From Longimicrobiales bacterium (GTDB lineage: Bacteria; Gemmatimonadota; Gemmatimonadetes; Longimicrobiales; Gaopeijiaceae): DNA of 64,000 nt. This document shows, in pieces, positions 1 through 10,131 of the stretch. The DNA lies in NCBI GenBank assembly GCA_965204735.1, contig OZ242008.1, positions 2,240,001 through 2,304,000 on the forward strand. The letters run 5' to 3'. The notes below the pieces were generated by a model. The model made no database searches. It worked only from the letters and a program-made list of their open reading frames with translations, and had not been told where the DNA came from. Positions within the stretch are counted from its first letter, which is position 1. Each line of letters starts with the position of its first letter. The position numbers and the translations under genes were made by a program.

Positions 1-3000
1 GCGCTCCCGATCCCCAGCGCCAGCTGCGGCGTACCCGTCACCGCCACCGCCTTGTTGAACGCGACCTTCACCTCGATCGTCTCGCCACGCTCGAACGTGT
101 CGCCCACATGAGGCGAGCCGATCGACAGCGCACTCACACCCGGCGGTCCGAGCGCGCCGTCCACCTTATGCGACGCCGCGTTCGCGATCGCGCTGGATCC
201 CAGTCCCAGGCTTGCCGCCGTCGAACCGTCCCGCGCGTCGTTGATCGTGCCGCTGTTCAGAGCCAACGCGCTCGCGCCGACGCTGACGCCGTCGCTGTCC
301 GCGTCCGCAGCCGCCACCTCGTAGCCGAACGTCAGCGTCTTCGTCCCCGTCCCGCTCGCGTACTCCGCCTGTCGCGTCACCGCGCCCACCGTCAGCGCCA
401 GCTGCGGCGTGCCCGTCACGTTCACCGGCCGCGCGAATGTCACCTCGACCTCGATCTCCTCGCCCAGACCGTACGTGTCCCCGCTCGACGGAGCACTCGA
501 GATCGTCACCCCGCTCACCGACGACGCCGTGAACGTCCCGCCCGCCACCTTGTGCCCCGTGCTGTTCGTCACCGCGTGCGTGCTCAGCCCCAAGGTCGCG
601 TCCAGCGTCCCGCCCGACAGCCGGATCGTCCCGCTGTTCAGCGCCAGCGCGCTCGCACCGATGCTCAACCCGTCCGCGTCCACGTCCGCCGTCACCACCG
701 TGTACTGGAACACCAGCGCCGTCGTGCCCGTGCCGCTCGCGTACGACGCCTGCCGCGTCTGCGTACCGATCCCCAGCGCCAGCTGCGGCGTCCCCGTCAC
801 GTCCACCGGCCGGTTGAACGTCACCGTCGCCGCAATCACGTCGCCCCGCTCGAACGTGTCGCCCACCGGCGGCGACGCGACGACCAACCCCGTCACCCCC
901 GGCGGTCCCTGCGCGCCGTCCACCTTATGCGCCGCGGCGTTCGATATCGCGTAGCTCCCCAGGCCCAGGCCCGCCGCCATCGTCGTGTCGCGAGCGTCCG
1001 AGATCGTGCCGCCGTTCAGCGCCAATGCGCTCGCGCCGATGCTGATCCCGTTCGCGTCCGCGTCCGCCGCCGCCACCACGTAGCCGAACGTCAGCGTCTT
1101 CGTACCCGTCCCGCTCGCGTACTCCGCCTGCCGCGTCTGCGAACCAATCGTCAGCGCCACCCGCGGCGTGTCCGTCACCATCACCCGCCGGTTGAACGTC
1201 ACCTCGACCTCGATCTGCTCCGTCCGGCCGTACGTGCTGTCGCTCGCCGGAGCGCTCGTGATCGACACGCCCGCAACCGTCGCCGCCGTGAACGTCCCGC
1301 CGTTCACCACCAGGAAGTTGCTGAACGCCTGGTGCTCCAAGCTCAGCAGGGCGTCCGTCGTTCCCCCCGCCACGTCGATCGTCCCCCCGTTCAGCGTCAA
1401 CGCGCTCGCGCCCACGCTCAACCCGTCCGCGTCCACGTCCGCAGCCACCACCACGTACCGGAACACCAGCGACGTCGTCCCCGTGCCCGACGCGTACGCC
1501 GCCTGCCGCGTCTGCGCGCCTATCCCCAGCGCCAGCTGCGGCGTCCCCGTCACGTCCACCGACTTGTTGAACCGCACCGTCGCAACCACCGTGTCGCCGC
1601 GCTCGAACGTCGTGCCCGTCGGCGGCGACGCCACCGTCAGGCCCGTCACGCCCGGCGGTCCCAGCCCGCCGTTCACCTTGTGCGCCGCAGCGTTCGTCAC
1701 CGCGCTCGACCCCAGCCCCAGCGCAGCAGCAGCAGCGCCCGGCCGCACATCGGCGATCGCACCGCCGTTCAACGTCAACGCGCTCGCGCCGATGCTGAGC
1801 CCGTCCGCGTCCGCGTCCGAAGGACGAACCGCGTACCCGAACACCAGCGTGTCCACCTTGCTCGAAGCCGAATCGTAGACCGCCTGACGAGTGACCGTCC
1901 CGATCGTCAGCGCCAGCCGCGGCGTGCCCGTCACCGCCACCGGTCGCCCGAACGCCACCTTCACCTCGATCTGCTCGCCCAACTGGTACGTCTGACCGCT
2001 CGCCGGAGCGCTCGACACCGTCACCGCAGTCACTGCCGGCGTCGTGAACGTACTGCCAGACACCTGGTGGCCGCCACTGTTCGTCACCGCGCTCGCGCCC
2101 AGCCCCAACGTCGCGTCCAGCGTCCCGCCAGCCAGACGGATCGTCCCGCCGCTCAACGTCAGCGCGCCCGCTCCGATGCTCAATCCGTCCGCGTCCGCGT
2201 CGCCGCTCGCCACCACGTACTGGAACAGCAGCCCCGTCGTGCCCGTGCCGCTCGCGTAGCTCGCCTGCCTCGTCGCTGAACCGATCGTCAGCGCGAGCCG
2301 CGGCGTGCCCGTCACGTCCACCGCGCGGTTGAACTCCAGCTCGACCGCGATCGTCTCGCCACGCTCGAACACGTCGCCCACCACAGGAGAACTGATCGTC
2401 AGCGCATTCACCCCCGGCGGTCCCAGGTTGCCGTCCACCTTGTGCGCAGCAGCGTTCGATATCGCGTGCGTGCCCAAGCCCAGGCTCGCGTTCGTCGTGC
2501 CGCCCGCGATCCGGATCGCGCCGCCGTTCAGCGCCAAAGCGCTCGCACCGATGCTGATCCCCGTCGAATCCGCGTCCGCAGCCACCACCGTGTACGCGAA
2601 CCTCAACGTCCGCGTGCCCGTACCCCCCGCGTAATACGCGAACCTGCTCACGCTCCCGACGGTGATCAACACGTATGGCGTCCCGAGAGTTGTCGCCCCC
2701 GGCGTGCCCGTCACGTCCACCGAACGCTCGAACTCGACCTCCACCTCGATCGCCTCCGTACGTCCGTACGTGCTGTCGCTCGCCGGCGCACTCGTGATCG
2801 ACACGCCGCTCACCACCGGCGCCACCTCCTTCGTCCCGTCCACCTGGTACGCCACCGCGTCCGCGAAGTTCCACGGCGCCAACGTCAGCCGAGCGTCCGT
2901 CGTCGTGCCCGTCGCACGGATCGTCGCGCCGCCCGGCAGCGTCAACGCGCTCGCACCGATGCTGATCCCCGTCGAGTCCGCGTCCGCCGCAACCACCGTG

Positions 3001-6000
3001 TAGCAGAACACCAAGATGACGCCGCCCCCTGTCGTGCCGCACAGCGCAGCGCTCCGCGTCTGCGAACCGATCCCCAGCGCCAAACTCGGCGTCCCCGTCG
3101 CCGTGACGCCCGTGTTGAACCCGACCCCCACGCGAATCAGGTCGCCCAGACCGTACACGCTGTCCGTGCTCGCGTAGTTGATCCCGGCGAGCAGCGTCGC
3201 CGACATGAAGAACGCGCTCGTCACGTACGGAACGTCGCCCGCCACCTTGTGCGCCCCAGCATTCGCGATCGCATGGCTCCCCAACCCCAAACTCGCCGCC
3301 GTCGAGCCGTCCCGAGCGTCCACGATCGTTCCGCTGCCCTGCAACGTCAGCGCGCTCGACCCGACGCCGATCCCGTCCCCGTCCGCGTCCGACGCCGCCA
3401 CCACGTACCGGAACTCCAGCGTCTTCGTGCCGCTCCCGCTCGCATAGGTCGCCTGACGCGTCGAGTCGCCAATCGCCAGCGCCAGCTGCGGGACCGGGAG
3501 CGTCACCGTCACCGGCCGCACGAACGACACCTCCACCTCGATCGTGTCGCCCTGCACGTACGTGGCGTCCGCCGCCGGAGCGCTCGTGATCGCCAACCCG
3601 CTCGGCGACGACGCCGTGAACGTCGCGCCCGACACCTTGTGGCCCGCGCTGTTCGTGACCGCGCTCGCGCCCAGCCCCAAGACCGCGTCCGTCGTCGTGC
3701 CCATGCGTCGGATCGTACCGCCGTTCAGCACCAGCGCGTTCGCGCCGATGCTGGCCCCGTCCGCGTCCGCGTCCGCCTGCACCACCGTGTAGCTGAACGT
3801 CAGCGTCGCCGTGCCGCTGCCGCTCGCGTAGCCCGCCGACCTCGTGGCCGCGCCAAGCCACAACCGCACCTGCGGCGTGCCCGTCACCGCCACCGCACGG
3901 TTGAACGTCACCGTCACGACTATCGCGTCGCCCCGCTCGAACGTGTCGCCCGTCGGCGGCGAACCCATCGACACCCCCGTCACCCCCGGCGGTCCCTGCG
4001 CGCCGTCCACCTTGTGCGCCGCAGCATTCGCGATCACGTTCGTCCCCAACCCCAAGTTCGCGGCCGCCGTGCCGCCCGCGATCCGGACCGTCCCGCCGTT
4101 CAGCGCCAATGCGCTCGCGCCGATGCTGACCCCCGTCGTGTCCCTGTCCGTCGCCGCAACCGTGTAGCGGAACCTCAACGAGCGCGTTCCGGTGCCCGAA
4201 GAGTAGTCCGCCTGCCGCGTCTGCGTCCCGATCCCCAGCGCCACCTGCGGCGTTCCCGTCGCGTCCACCGGGCGGTCGAAGTCGACCTTGACCTCGATCG
4301 TGTCGCCTGTCCCGTACGTCGAGTCGGCGCCCGCGTCGCTGCTGATCGACACGCCGCTCACGTTCGGCGCCGCCTCCTGGGCGCCGTCAACCTGGAAAGC
4401 CATGTCGTTCGTGACCTCGTATCCGGCCAACGACACGTTCGCGTCCGTCGTCGTCCCCTGCCGCCGAATGTAGGCCCCCGACCCGGCAGGGAACGTCAGC
4501 GCGGTCGCGCCGATGCTGATCCCCGTCGAGTCCCTGTCCGCCGCCACGACCGTATGGCAGAAAATCGCGTATCTGACGGTCTGGCCGCACAGCGGAGCCT
4601 GCCGCGTCTGCGTCCCGATCCCCAGCGCCAGCTGCGCCTGCGTCGCCGTCGTCGACGCAATCCTAACGTTCGTGTTGAACTCAACGGCCACCCGAATCTC
4701 GTCCCCAAGCCCGAACACGCTGTCCGTGCCCGCCTGGAAGGTCTGTGTCCACTGCGCGTTCACGAAAAACATGTCCGTCACGTAGGGCACGTCGCCCGTC
4801 ACCTTGTGCCCCGCCGCGTTCGAGATCGCGTTCGAACCCAACCCCAAGTTCGCGGCCGTCGTGCCGCCCGCGATCCGGATCGTCCCGCCGTTCAGCGCCA
4901 ACGCGCTCGCGCCGATGCTCACCCCCGTCGTGTCCATGTCCGCCACGACCACTGTATAGCGGAACCTCAATGACTTGGTGCCCGTGCCCGCCGCGTACTC
5001 CGCCTGCCGCGTCAGCGTGTCGACCCCCAGCGCCACACGCGGCGTTCCCGTCACGTCCACCGGACGGTCGAAGTCGACCTTGACCTCGATCACGTTCCCT
5101 TCGGCGTACGCGCTGTCAGCGCCCGGGTCGCTGCTGATCGTCACGCCGCTGACGTTCGGCGCCACCTCCACCGTGCCGTCAACCTGGTAGGCCACATTGT
5201 TCGTGAACGTGTGGTCAGCCAGCGACACGTTCGCGTCCGTCGTCGTCCCCTGCCGCCGAATGTAGGCCCCCGACCCGGCAGGAAACGTCAGCGCGTTCGC
5301 GCCGATGCTGATCCCCGTCGAATCCCTGTCCGCCGCCACGACCGTATAGCAGAAGAACGCAAACCTGGGGTTCTGGCCGCACAGCGGGGCCTGCCGCGTC
5401 TGCGTCCCGATCCCCAGCGCCAGTTGCGCCTGCGTCGCCGTCGTCGTCGCAATACGAACGTTCGTGTTGAACCCAACGATCACGCGAACCACATCCCCCG
5501 ATCCGAACACGCTGTCCGTGCCGGCATGGAATATCTGCACCCCCTGCGGGTTCGCGATAAAGATCGTCGTCACGTAGGGCACGTCGCCCGTCACCCTGTG
5601 CCCCGCCGCGTTCGAGATCGCGTGGCCGCCCAAACCAAGGTTCGCGTTCGCCGATCCGCCCTTGAGCTCGATCGTCCCGCCGTTCAGCGCCAACGCGCTC
5701 GCGCCGATGCTGATGCCGTCCGCGTCCGCGTCCGCCACGACCACTGTATAGCGAAACCGCAATGAATTGGTGCCCGTGCCCGCCGCGTAGCCCGCCTGCC
5801 GCGTCTGCGTCCCGATCCCCAGCGCCACCTGCGGCGTTCCCGTCACGTCCACCGGACGGTCGAAGTCGACCTTGACCTCGATCACGTTCCCTTCCGCGTA
5901 CGCGCTGTCAGAGCCCGGATCGCTCGCAATCGACACGCCGCTCACGTTCGGCGCCACCTCCTTCGTGCCGTCCACCTTGAAAGCAGCATTGTCCGTGTTG

Positions 6001-7331
6001 TCGTGCGCCGCCAGCGACAGGATCGCGTTCGTCGACGTGCCCTGCCGGCGGATCGCGCCCCCGGGTATCGTCAGCGCGTTCGCGCCGATGCTGATCCCGG
6101 TCGAATCCCTGTCCGCCGCCACGACCGTGTAGTTGAAGTACAGCGAGTGGGCGGTAAACGCGTAGAAGGTCGCGCTTCTCGTGTTCGCCCCGATGGTCAA
6201 GGCCAGCCGCGGCCACTGAGTGTGCCAGCTGATCGGCCTGTCGAACGTCACCTTCACCCTGATGACGTCTTCCAGCCCGAAGGTGCTGTCCGCCGCAGCC
6301 TGCGTCATGACAGCGCCTTGTGCGGTGATGTATTCCACGGCGGATACGACCGGCGCCGTCACCTTGGTGCCGTCCACCTTGAAGGCCACATTGTTCGTGA
6401 CCTGGTGGTCAGCCAGCGACAGGTCGGCGTTCGTCGTCGTCCCCGCGGCAACGACCCGGGCTCCGCCAGGCAGCGTCAGCGCGTTCGCGCCGATGCTCAA
6501 CCCGTCCGAGTCGCTGTCCGCCGCCACGACCGTGTAGCAGAAGATCAAGAAGGACGCCACTGAGTTGCACAGCGGCGCACTCCGCGTCTGCGACCCGATG
6601 TTCAGCGCCAGCTGCGGCGTTCCCGAGCCGCTCACGTCCCTGCTGAATCTGACGCCCACCCTGATCCGGTCGCCCACCCCGTAGACGCTGTCGGCCTGTT
6701 CGAGGTTCGCTAGGAGGATCTGGACTCCGCGGGTCGGATGAAGGAACCAAACGGACACCACGGCGGGAACGTCGCCCTGCACCTTGTGGGCCGTCGCATT
6801 CGAGATTGCATGGGTGCCCAGCCCCAGGTTCGCGGCCGTCGCGCCGCCCGCGATCTGGATCGTACCGCTGTTGAGTGCCAGCGCGCTCGCGCCGATGCTG
6901 ATCCCGTCCGCATCGACGTCCGTGGTCGCTACCGTGTAGCGGAAAGTCAGCGTGCTCGTGCCCGTCCCGCTTGCGTAATTCGCCTGCTGCGTCGCCGCGC
7001 CGATCGTCAGCGCCAGCTGCGGCGTGCCCGTCACGTCCACCGACTGGTCGAAACGAACTTCGACCCCGATCACGTCGGTCGCCGCGTACGTCGAGTCGAC
7101 GCCCGCGTTGCTGCTGATCGACACGCCGCTCACGTTCGGCGCCTGGCCGCTCGCGGCGACCGGCAACCCGGCGGCAACCAGCCCGGCGACCACCAGCGCC
7201 AGGCCGAGAGCCGAAAGAAGCCTTCGCACTACCCACATGGCACGCCACCTGCATCCAGCTTTCGTCCGAGATGGCGAATACTTATTATGGCGAAGGGGGG
7301 GGGGGGGGGGGGGGGCGAAATGGAAGCTCAT
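1..7331 (-). CDS. Giant Ig-like-repeat surface protein/adhesin, gene A (5' part only; continues beyond left edge; >2,440 aa)
   Basis: Read manually on the minus strand from ATG 7331 (GGAG 10 nt upstream): MSFHFAPPPPPPLRHNKYSPSRTKAGCRWRAMWVVRRLLSALGLALVVAGLVAAGLPVAASGQAPNVSGVSISS. Alternative start ATG 7238 (AGGTGG upstream). A signal-peptide-like segment is followed by ~19 repeats of the same family as gene B. The domain-ending KV motif is in one frame at 162, 921, 1674, 2436, 3243, 4008, 4800, 5973, 6375 and 6780. Not in the ORF track because there is no stop in the window. Confidence 0.9.
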   Translation of the reverse strand, partial: MSFHFAPPPPPPLRHNKYSPSRTKAGCRWRAMWVVRRLLSALGLALVVAGLVAAGLPVAASGQAPNVSGVSISSNAGVDSTYAATDVIGVEVRFDQSVDVTGTPQLALTIGAATQQANYASGTGTSTLTFRYTVATTDVDADGISIGASALALNSGTIQIAGGATAANLGLGTHAISNATAHKVQGDVPAVVSVWFLHPTRGVQILLANLEQADSVYGVGDRIRVGVRFSRDVSGSGTPQLALNIGSQTRSAPLCNSVASFLIFCYTVVAADSDSDGLSIGANALTLPGGARVVAAGTTTNADLSLADHQVTNNVAFKVDGTKVTAPVVSAVEYITAQGAVMTQAAADSTFGLEDVIRVKVTFDRPISWHTQWPRLALTIGANTRSATFYAFTAHSLYFNYTVVAADRDSTGISIGANALTIPGGAIRRQGTSTNAILSLAAHDNTDNAAFKVDGTKEVAPNVSGVSIASDPGSDSAYAEGNVIEVKVDFDRPVDVTGTPQVALGIGTQTRQAGYAAGTGTNSLRFRYTVVVADADADGISIGASALALNGGTIELKGGSANANLGLGGHAISNAAGHRVTGDVPYVTTIFIANPQGVQIFHAGTDSVFGSGDVVRVIVGFNTNVRIATTTATQAQLALGIGTQTRQAPLCGQNPRFAFFCYTVVAADRDSTGISIGANALTFPAGSGAYIRRQGTTTDANVSLADHTFTNNVAYQVDGTVEVAPNVSGVTISSDPGADSAYAEGNVIEVKVDFDRPVDVTGTPRVALGVDTLTRQAEYAAGTGTKSLRFRYTVVVADMDTTGVSIGASALALNGGTIRIAGGTTAANLGLGSNAISNAAGHKVTGDVPYVTDMFFVNAQWTQTFQAGTDSVFGLGDEIRVAVEFNTNVRIASTTATQAQLALGIGTQTRQAPLCGQTVRYAIFCHTVVAADRDSTGISIGATALTFPAGSGAYIRRQGTTTDANVSLAGYEVTNDMAFQVDGAQEAAPNVSGVSISSDAGADSTYGTGDTIEVKVDFDRPVDATGTPQVALGIGTQTRQADYSSGTGTRSLRFRYTVAATDRDTTGVSIGASALALNGGTVRIAGGTAAANLGLGTNVIANAAAHKVDGAQGPPGVTGVSMGSPPTGDTFERGDAIVVTVTFNRAVAVTGTPQVRLWLGAATRSAGYASGSGTATLTFSYTVVQADADADGASIGANALVLNGGTIRRMGTTTDAVLGLGASAVTNSAGHKVSGATFTASSPSGLAITSAPAADATYVQGDTIEVEVSFVRPVTVTLPVPQLALAIGDSTRQATYASGSGTKTLEFRYVVAASDADGDGIGVGSSALTLQGSGTIVDARDGSTAASLGLGSHAIANAGAHKVAGDVPYVTSAFFMSATLLAGINYASTDSVYGLGDLIRVGVGFNTGVTATGTPSLALGIGSQTRSAALCGTTGGGVILVFCYTVVAADADSTGISIGASALTLPGGATIRATGTTTDARLTLAPWNFADAVAYQVDGTKEVAPVVSGVSITSAPASDSTYGRTEAIEVEVEFERSVDVTGTPGATTLGTPYVLITVGSVSRFAYYAGGTGTRTLRFAYTVVAADADSTGISIGASALALNGGAIRIAGGTTNASLGLGTHAISNAAAHKVDGNLGPPGVNALTISSPVVGDVFERGETIAVELEFNRAVDVTGTPRLALTIGSATRQASYASGTGTTGLLFQYVVASGDADADGLSIGAGALTLSGGTIRLAGGTLDATLGLGASAVTNSGGHQVSGSTFTTPAVTAVTVSSAPASGQTYQLGEQIEVKVAFGRPVAVTGTPRLALTIGTVTRQAVYDSASSKVDTLVFGYAVRPSDADADGLSIGASALTLNGGAIADVRPGAAAAALGLGSSAVTNAAAHKVNGGLGPPGVTGLTVASPPTGTTFERGDTVVATVRFNKSVDVTGTPQLALGIGAQTRQAAYASGTGTTSLVFRYVVVAADVDADGLSVGASALTLNGGTIDVAGGTTDALLSLEHQAFSNFLVVNGGTFTAATVAGVSITSAPASDSTYGRTEQIEVEVTFNRRVMVTDTPRVALTIGSQTRQAEYASGTGTKTLTFGYVVAAADADANGISIGASALALNGGTISDARDTTMAAGLGLGSYAISNAAAHKVDGAQGPPGVTGLVVASPPVGDTFERGDVIAATVTFNRPVDVTGTPQLALGIGTQTRQASYASGTGTTALVFQYTVVTADVDADGLSIGASALALNSGTIRLSGGTLDATLGLSTHAVTNSTGHKVAGGTFTASSVSGVTISSAPSSGDTYGLGEEIEVEVTFARPVNVTGTPQLALTVGAVTRQAEYASGTGTKTLTFGYEVAAADADSDGVSVGASALALNSGTINDARDGSTAASLGLGSSAIANAASHKVDGALGPPGVSALSIGSPHVGDTFERGETIEVKVAFNKAVAVTGTPQLALGIGS
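7295..7315 (-). repeat. G21 (poly-C on coding strand) homopolymer, candidate phase-variation tract of gene A
   Basis: 21 consecutive G counted at 7295-7315. In frame between ATG 7331 and the rest of gene A, encoding A-PPPPPP-L. Confidence 0.85.
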
Positions 7332-7402
7332 CTTGGCCAAGCTCCGGGAAGGTGGGCGAACGCCGAAGGACAGCACCGTTGGCGGCATGTATCGGTCGGT
7401 CG

Positions 7403-7411
7403 AATATAGCA
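7403..7411 (-). promoter_or_regulatory. Putative extended -10 promoter (TGC-TATATT) for gene A
   Basis: Minus strand reads TGCTATATT about 70 nt upstream of ATG 7331, in an AT-richer intergenic patch. The -35 match is weak. Confidence 0.4.
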
Positions 7412-7557
7412 GGTTGGTCATCTCCACTCCACGCCTTGGGTCGAAGTCATTTGGCGAAGAGGCACTTCCATCGCGGCACCAGCCCCCATGCGGGCCATCC
7501 CGCCACCGGCAAAGAACTCGCAGAAGCTGAACACCCGGGGACTCGTCTTGGGCGTCG

Positions 7558-8073
7558 CTACCGTGGCGACCCTTTGGGCGAAGCAGAGCCTTCCTCCGAT
7601 TTCCACAGTGGAAAAGCGCCTGCTTCTGGATCCCCAGGAAAGAACAGACCCTTTTCGCGATCTGCTCGTTCAGCCTTCTGCCAAGCGTCCAGCAGATCAT
7701 CCCCTCCCCCTTCCGGGGAAGACGGGGCGACACGCGTCCGCTCGGACAGCACCCCGCCGTTGTACGAGCGAAGCAGCTCTTCATGAGCCGCCAAGGTCAA
7801 CTCCATAAAGACACGCGCCCGCTCGGACAGCACGCCGTCGTTGTACGAGCGAAGCAGGTCTTCATGAGCCGCTGCCAGATCTGCGAGATCCTCTGCGCTG
7901 ACCCCCTCGACGGCCTGATCCTCAACGGCCTGGTCCGGCATGGGGGCGTCGCCCCCGCATGCGAGGACCGCGCCGCTGGCTATGAGAACGAGGGCCATGA
8001 CGGACCGCGCCACCACGCGCCCGCCGACCCGAGCGAACGCCCCGTAACAGGCAGCCTTCTTCGACCTGGACAT
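7558..8073 (-). CDS. Hypothetical lipoprotein with an internal 27-aa-period tandem repeat
   Basis: Strong SD AAAGGAGG before ATG 8073. Hydrophobic stretch with lipobox-like VLAC. Repeats AAHEDLLRSYNDGVLSERARV / AAHEELLRSYNGGVLSERTRV. Confidence 0.6.
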   Translation of the reverse strand: MSRSKKAACYGAFARVGGRVVARSVMALVLIASGAVLACGGDAPMPDQAVEDQAVEGVSAEDLADLAAAHEDLLRSYNDGVLSERARVFMELTLAAHEELLRSYNGGVLSERTRVAPSSPEGGGDDLLDAWQKAERADREKGLFFPGDPEAGAFPLWKSEEGSASPKGSPR

Positions 8074-8181
8074 AAGACAACCTCCTTTGCGGAAAACTGC
8101 CTTTGGGGGACCCGAGCGGCCCCCAGCGATGCCGACAGGCTGGCCCCGCCACGGCGGCCGGCCTCGGTCGGTGTCGACCAC

Positions 8182-9024
8182 CTACCTGCCGATCGCTTCT
8201 GACCCGTCGTCGCGCAACGCGACGGGAGGGCCCAGCACTTCCCGCGCCACAACAAGGCGCCGCAACCCGGCCACAGTGCCGAACCCCATCTCGTTCGCGT
8301 TGGGCGGACGGGCGTCCGGCGTCGGCACGTAGTCGGCGCCGGGCAGCATCGGGGCGGGCTCCGGAGACAACCGATCGCCCGACGTCTGGCGGGCGGGCCC
8401 GGGCGCTACCCTCGGGGTCGCATCCAGGCGCGAGTCCCGTGACCGGACGTCCGGCGTCGGCGTTCTTGAACGCACTTCCACGGGCCTCGGCGCCCTGTCC
8501 CTTTCCGGCGTCGCATCCCACCCCCCGCTCGCTTCCCGGGCATGGCCGGGCACTGGGAACGAAGGCGGGCCCGGCGCCGAACTCCCCGTCGGCTCACCCG
8601 GGCCGGACGCTCGGGTCGGCGAGGGAGGCCGGCGCCCGGTTTCCGCTTTGCCGCCCGAGACCAAGTCCTCCAGCTCCTTCCGTATCTCCGGCGGGACCAG
8701 GATGTCGAACGCCGACTGGCGCTTTCCCGCCGACCGAGGGGCGGCCGTGGAAGGCTGCGGGCGAGGTTGCGGACCCCTCCGCGTCGAGTCCCGCGGCCCC
8801 GGCCTGGCCGTTTCCGGACCGGGAGCCGCCACCGGACCCGGAAACCGCTGGGCTCCGTCCGGGCCGGGCACAGGGCGAGGACGCTCCTGCTCCACCTCGC
8901 CAGCGCCCGACGGCTCGTCCCCTTCGGGCAGGCCCAGGCCGCGCTTCTTCGCCTTCTTCACCACCGCGTCCAGGATCGACAGGACGACGACGACGACCAG
9001 GACCCAGATCTGGTATTCGCCCAT
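8182..9024 (-). CDS. Hypothetical membrane-anchored Pro-rich protein (third gene of nfeD-floA operon, YqfB-like position)
   Basis: N-terminal TM helix, disordered middle, C-terminal LRRLVVAREVLGPPVALR motif. Directly downstream of floA with a GAGGAG SD. Confidence 0.75.
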   Translation of the reverse strand: MGEYQIWVLVVVVVLSILDAVVKKAKKRGLGLPEGDEPSGAGEVEQERPRPVPGPDGAQRFPGPVAAPGPETARPGPRDSTRRGPQPRPQPSTAAPRSAGKRQSAFDILVPPEIRKELEDLVSGGKAETGRRPPSPTRASGPGEPTGSSAPGPPSFPVPGHAREASGGWDATPERDRAPRPVEVRSRTPTPDVRSRDSRLDATPRVAPGPARQTSGDRLSPEPAPMLPGADYVPTPDARPPNANEMGFGTVAGLRRLVVAREVLGPPVALRDDGSEAIGR

Positions 9025-9069
9025 GTGCGGCTCCTCGGCTGGCGGACTCGGGCTCGGCGTCCGGCGGGA

Positions 9070-10053
9070 CTAGGACTCGGAGTCGGCGGGCGAGTCGGGG
9101 TCGCCGGCGGCGATGGCGCGGCGCATGTGGGTGTCGGACTCCACGTTGCGGTACTTGGCGTAGTCCATGACCCCCAGGTTGCCGCTGCGGAAGGCGTCCG
9201 CCATCGCCAGCGGAACCTTCGCCTCCGCCGCCACGACCTCGGCGCGCATCTCCTCGACCCGCGCCTTCATCTCCTGCTCCTGGGCCATCGCCATCGCTCG
9301 CCGCTCCTCGGCCCGAGCCTGGGCCACCCGCTTGTCGGCCTCGGCCTGGTCGGTCTGGAGCTCGGCGCCGATGTTCTTCCCCACGTCCACGTCGGCGATG
9401 TCGATGGAGAGAATTTCGAACGCCGTCCCCGAGTCCAGCCCCTTCTGCAGCACGGTCTTGGAGATCGCGTCGGGGTTCTCGAGCACGGCCTTGTGACTGT
9501 TGGCGGAGCCGATCGTCGACACGATCCCCTCGCCGACCCGGGCCAGGATCGTCTCTTCGCCGGCGCCCCCGACCAAGCGGTTGATGTTGGCGCGCACCGT
9601 GACCCGGGCCACGGCGATCAGCTGGATGCCGTCCTTCGCCATCGCCGCCACCCGGGGCGTCTGCACCACCTTCGGGTTCACCGAGACCTGCACCGCCTCG
9701 AAGACGTCGCGGCCCGCCAAGTCGATTGCGGCGGCCTGCTGGAACGGAAGCTCGATGTTGGCCTTGTCGGCGCTGATCAGCGCCCGCACCACCCGGTCCA
9801 CGTCGCCCCCGGCCAGGTAGTGCGCCTCCAGGTGGGACACGTCGAGGGGGAGGCCGGCCTTCGTGGAGGCGATCAGGGGCCGCACGACCGCAGGAGGGCT
9901 GACCTTGCGGAGACGCATCCCCACCAAGCTGCCCAGCCCGAGCCGGACGCCGGCGAAGAGCGCCTCGATCCACAGTCGGACGGGCACGGCCCAGCTCAGG
10001 ACGGCGAGGCCTACGGCGACGAGCGCCAGGATCAGGATCGGGAAGAGTTCCAT
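9070..10053 (-). CDS. floA: Flotillin-like protein FloA (UPF0365/YqfA)
   Basis: Family motifs [71 protein letters not shown]. Confidence 0.95.
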   Translation of the reverse strand: MELFPILILALVAVGLAVLSWAVPVRLWIEALFAGVRLGLGSLVGMRLRKVSPPAVVRPLIASTKAGLPLDVSHLEAHYLAGGDVDRVVRALISADKANIELPFQQAAAIDLAGRDVFEAVQVSVNPKVVQTPRVAAMAKDGIQLIAVARVTVRANINRLVGGAGEETILARVGEGIVSTIGSANSHKAVLENPDAISKTVLQKGLDSGTAFEILSIDIADVDVGKNIGAELQTDQAEADKRVAQARAEERRAMAMAQEQEMKARVEEMRAEVVAAEAKVPLAMADAFRSGNLGVMDYAKYRNVESDTHMRRAIAAGDPDSPADSES

Positions 10054-10131
10054 GGGGGAGAGCGCTCCGGTTGCTTGAGTCGGTGGAGAGTTGGATGAAC
10101 TAGGGGGAACCCAGGTCGCGGGACAACGGCT

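Noticed and set aside
2840..6780. Diversity-generating retroelement as the source of the variable domains
   Set aside because: No reverse transcriptase or template repeat in the window, and differences between copies are not obviously adenine-specific. A trans-acting DGR cannot be excluded.
108..7254. ORF-track entries over the left end (e.g. 108-2279 +, 925-3861 -, 2442-4973 +)
   Set aside because: Shadow or off-frame ORFs of gene A, whose true frame runs off the window.
7284..7289. CATAAT -10-like hexamer just downstream of the gene A poly-C (promoter-spacer phase variation model)
   Set aside because: Less favoured, not excluded: no -35 at a usable distance, while an in-frame ATG with SD and an extended -10 lie upstream of the tract.
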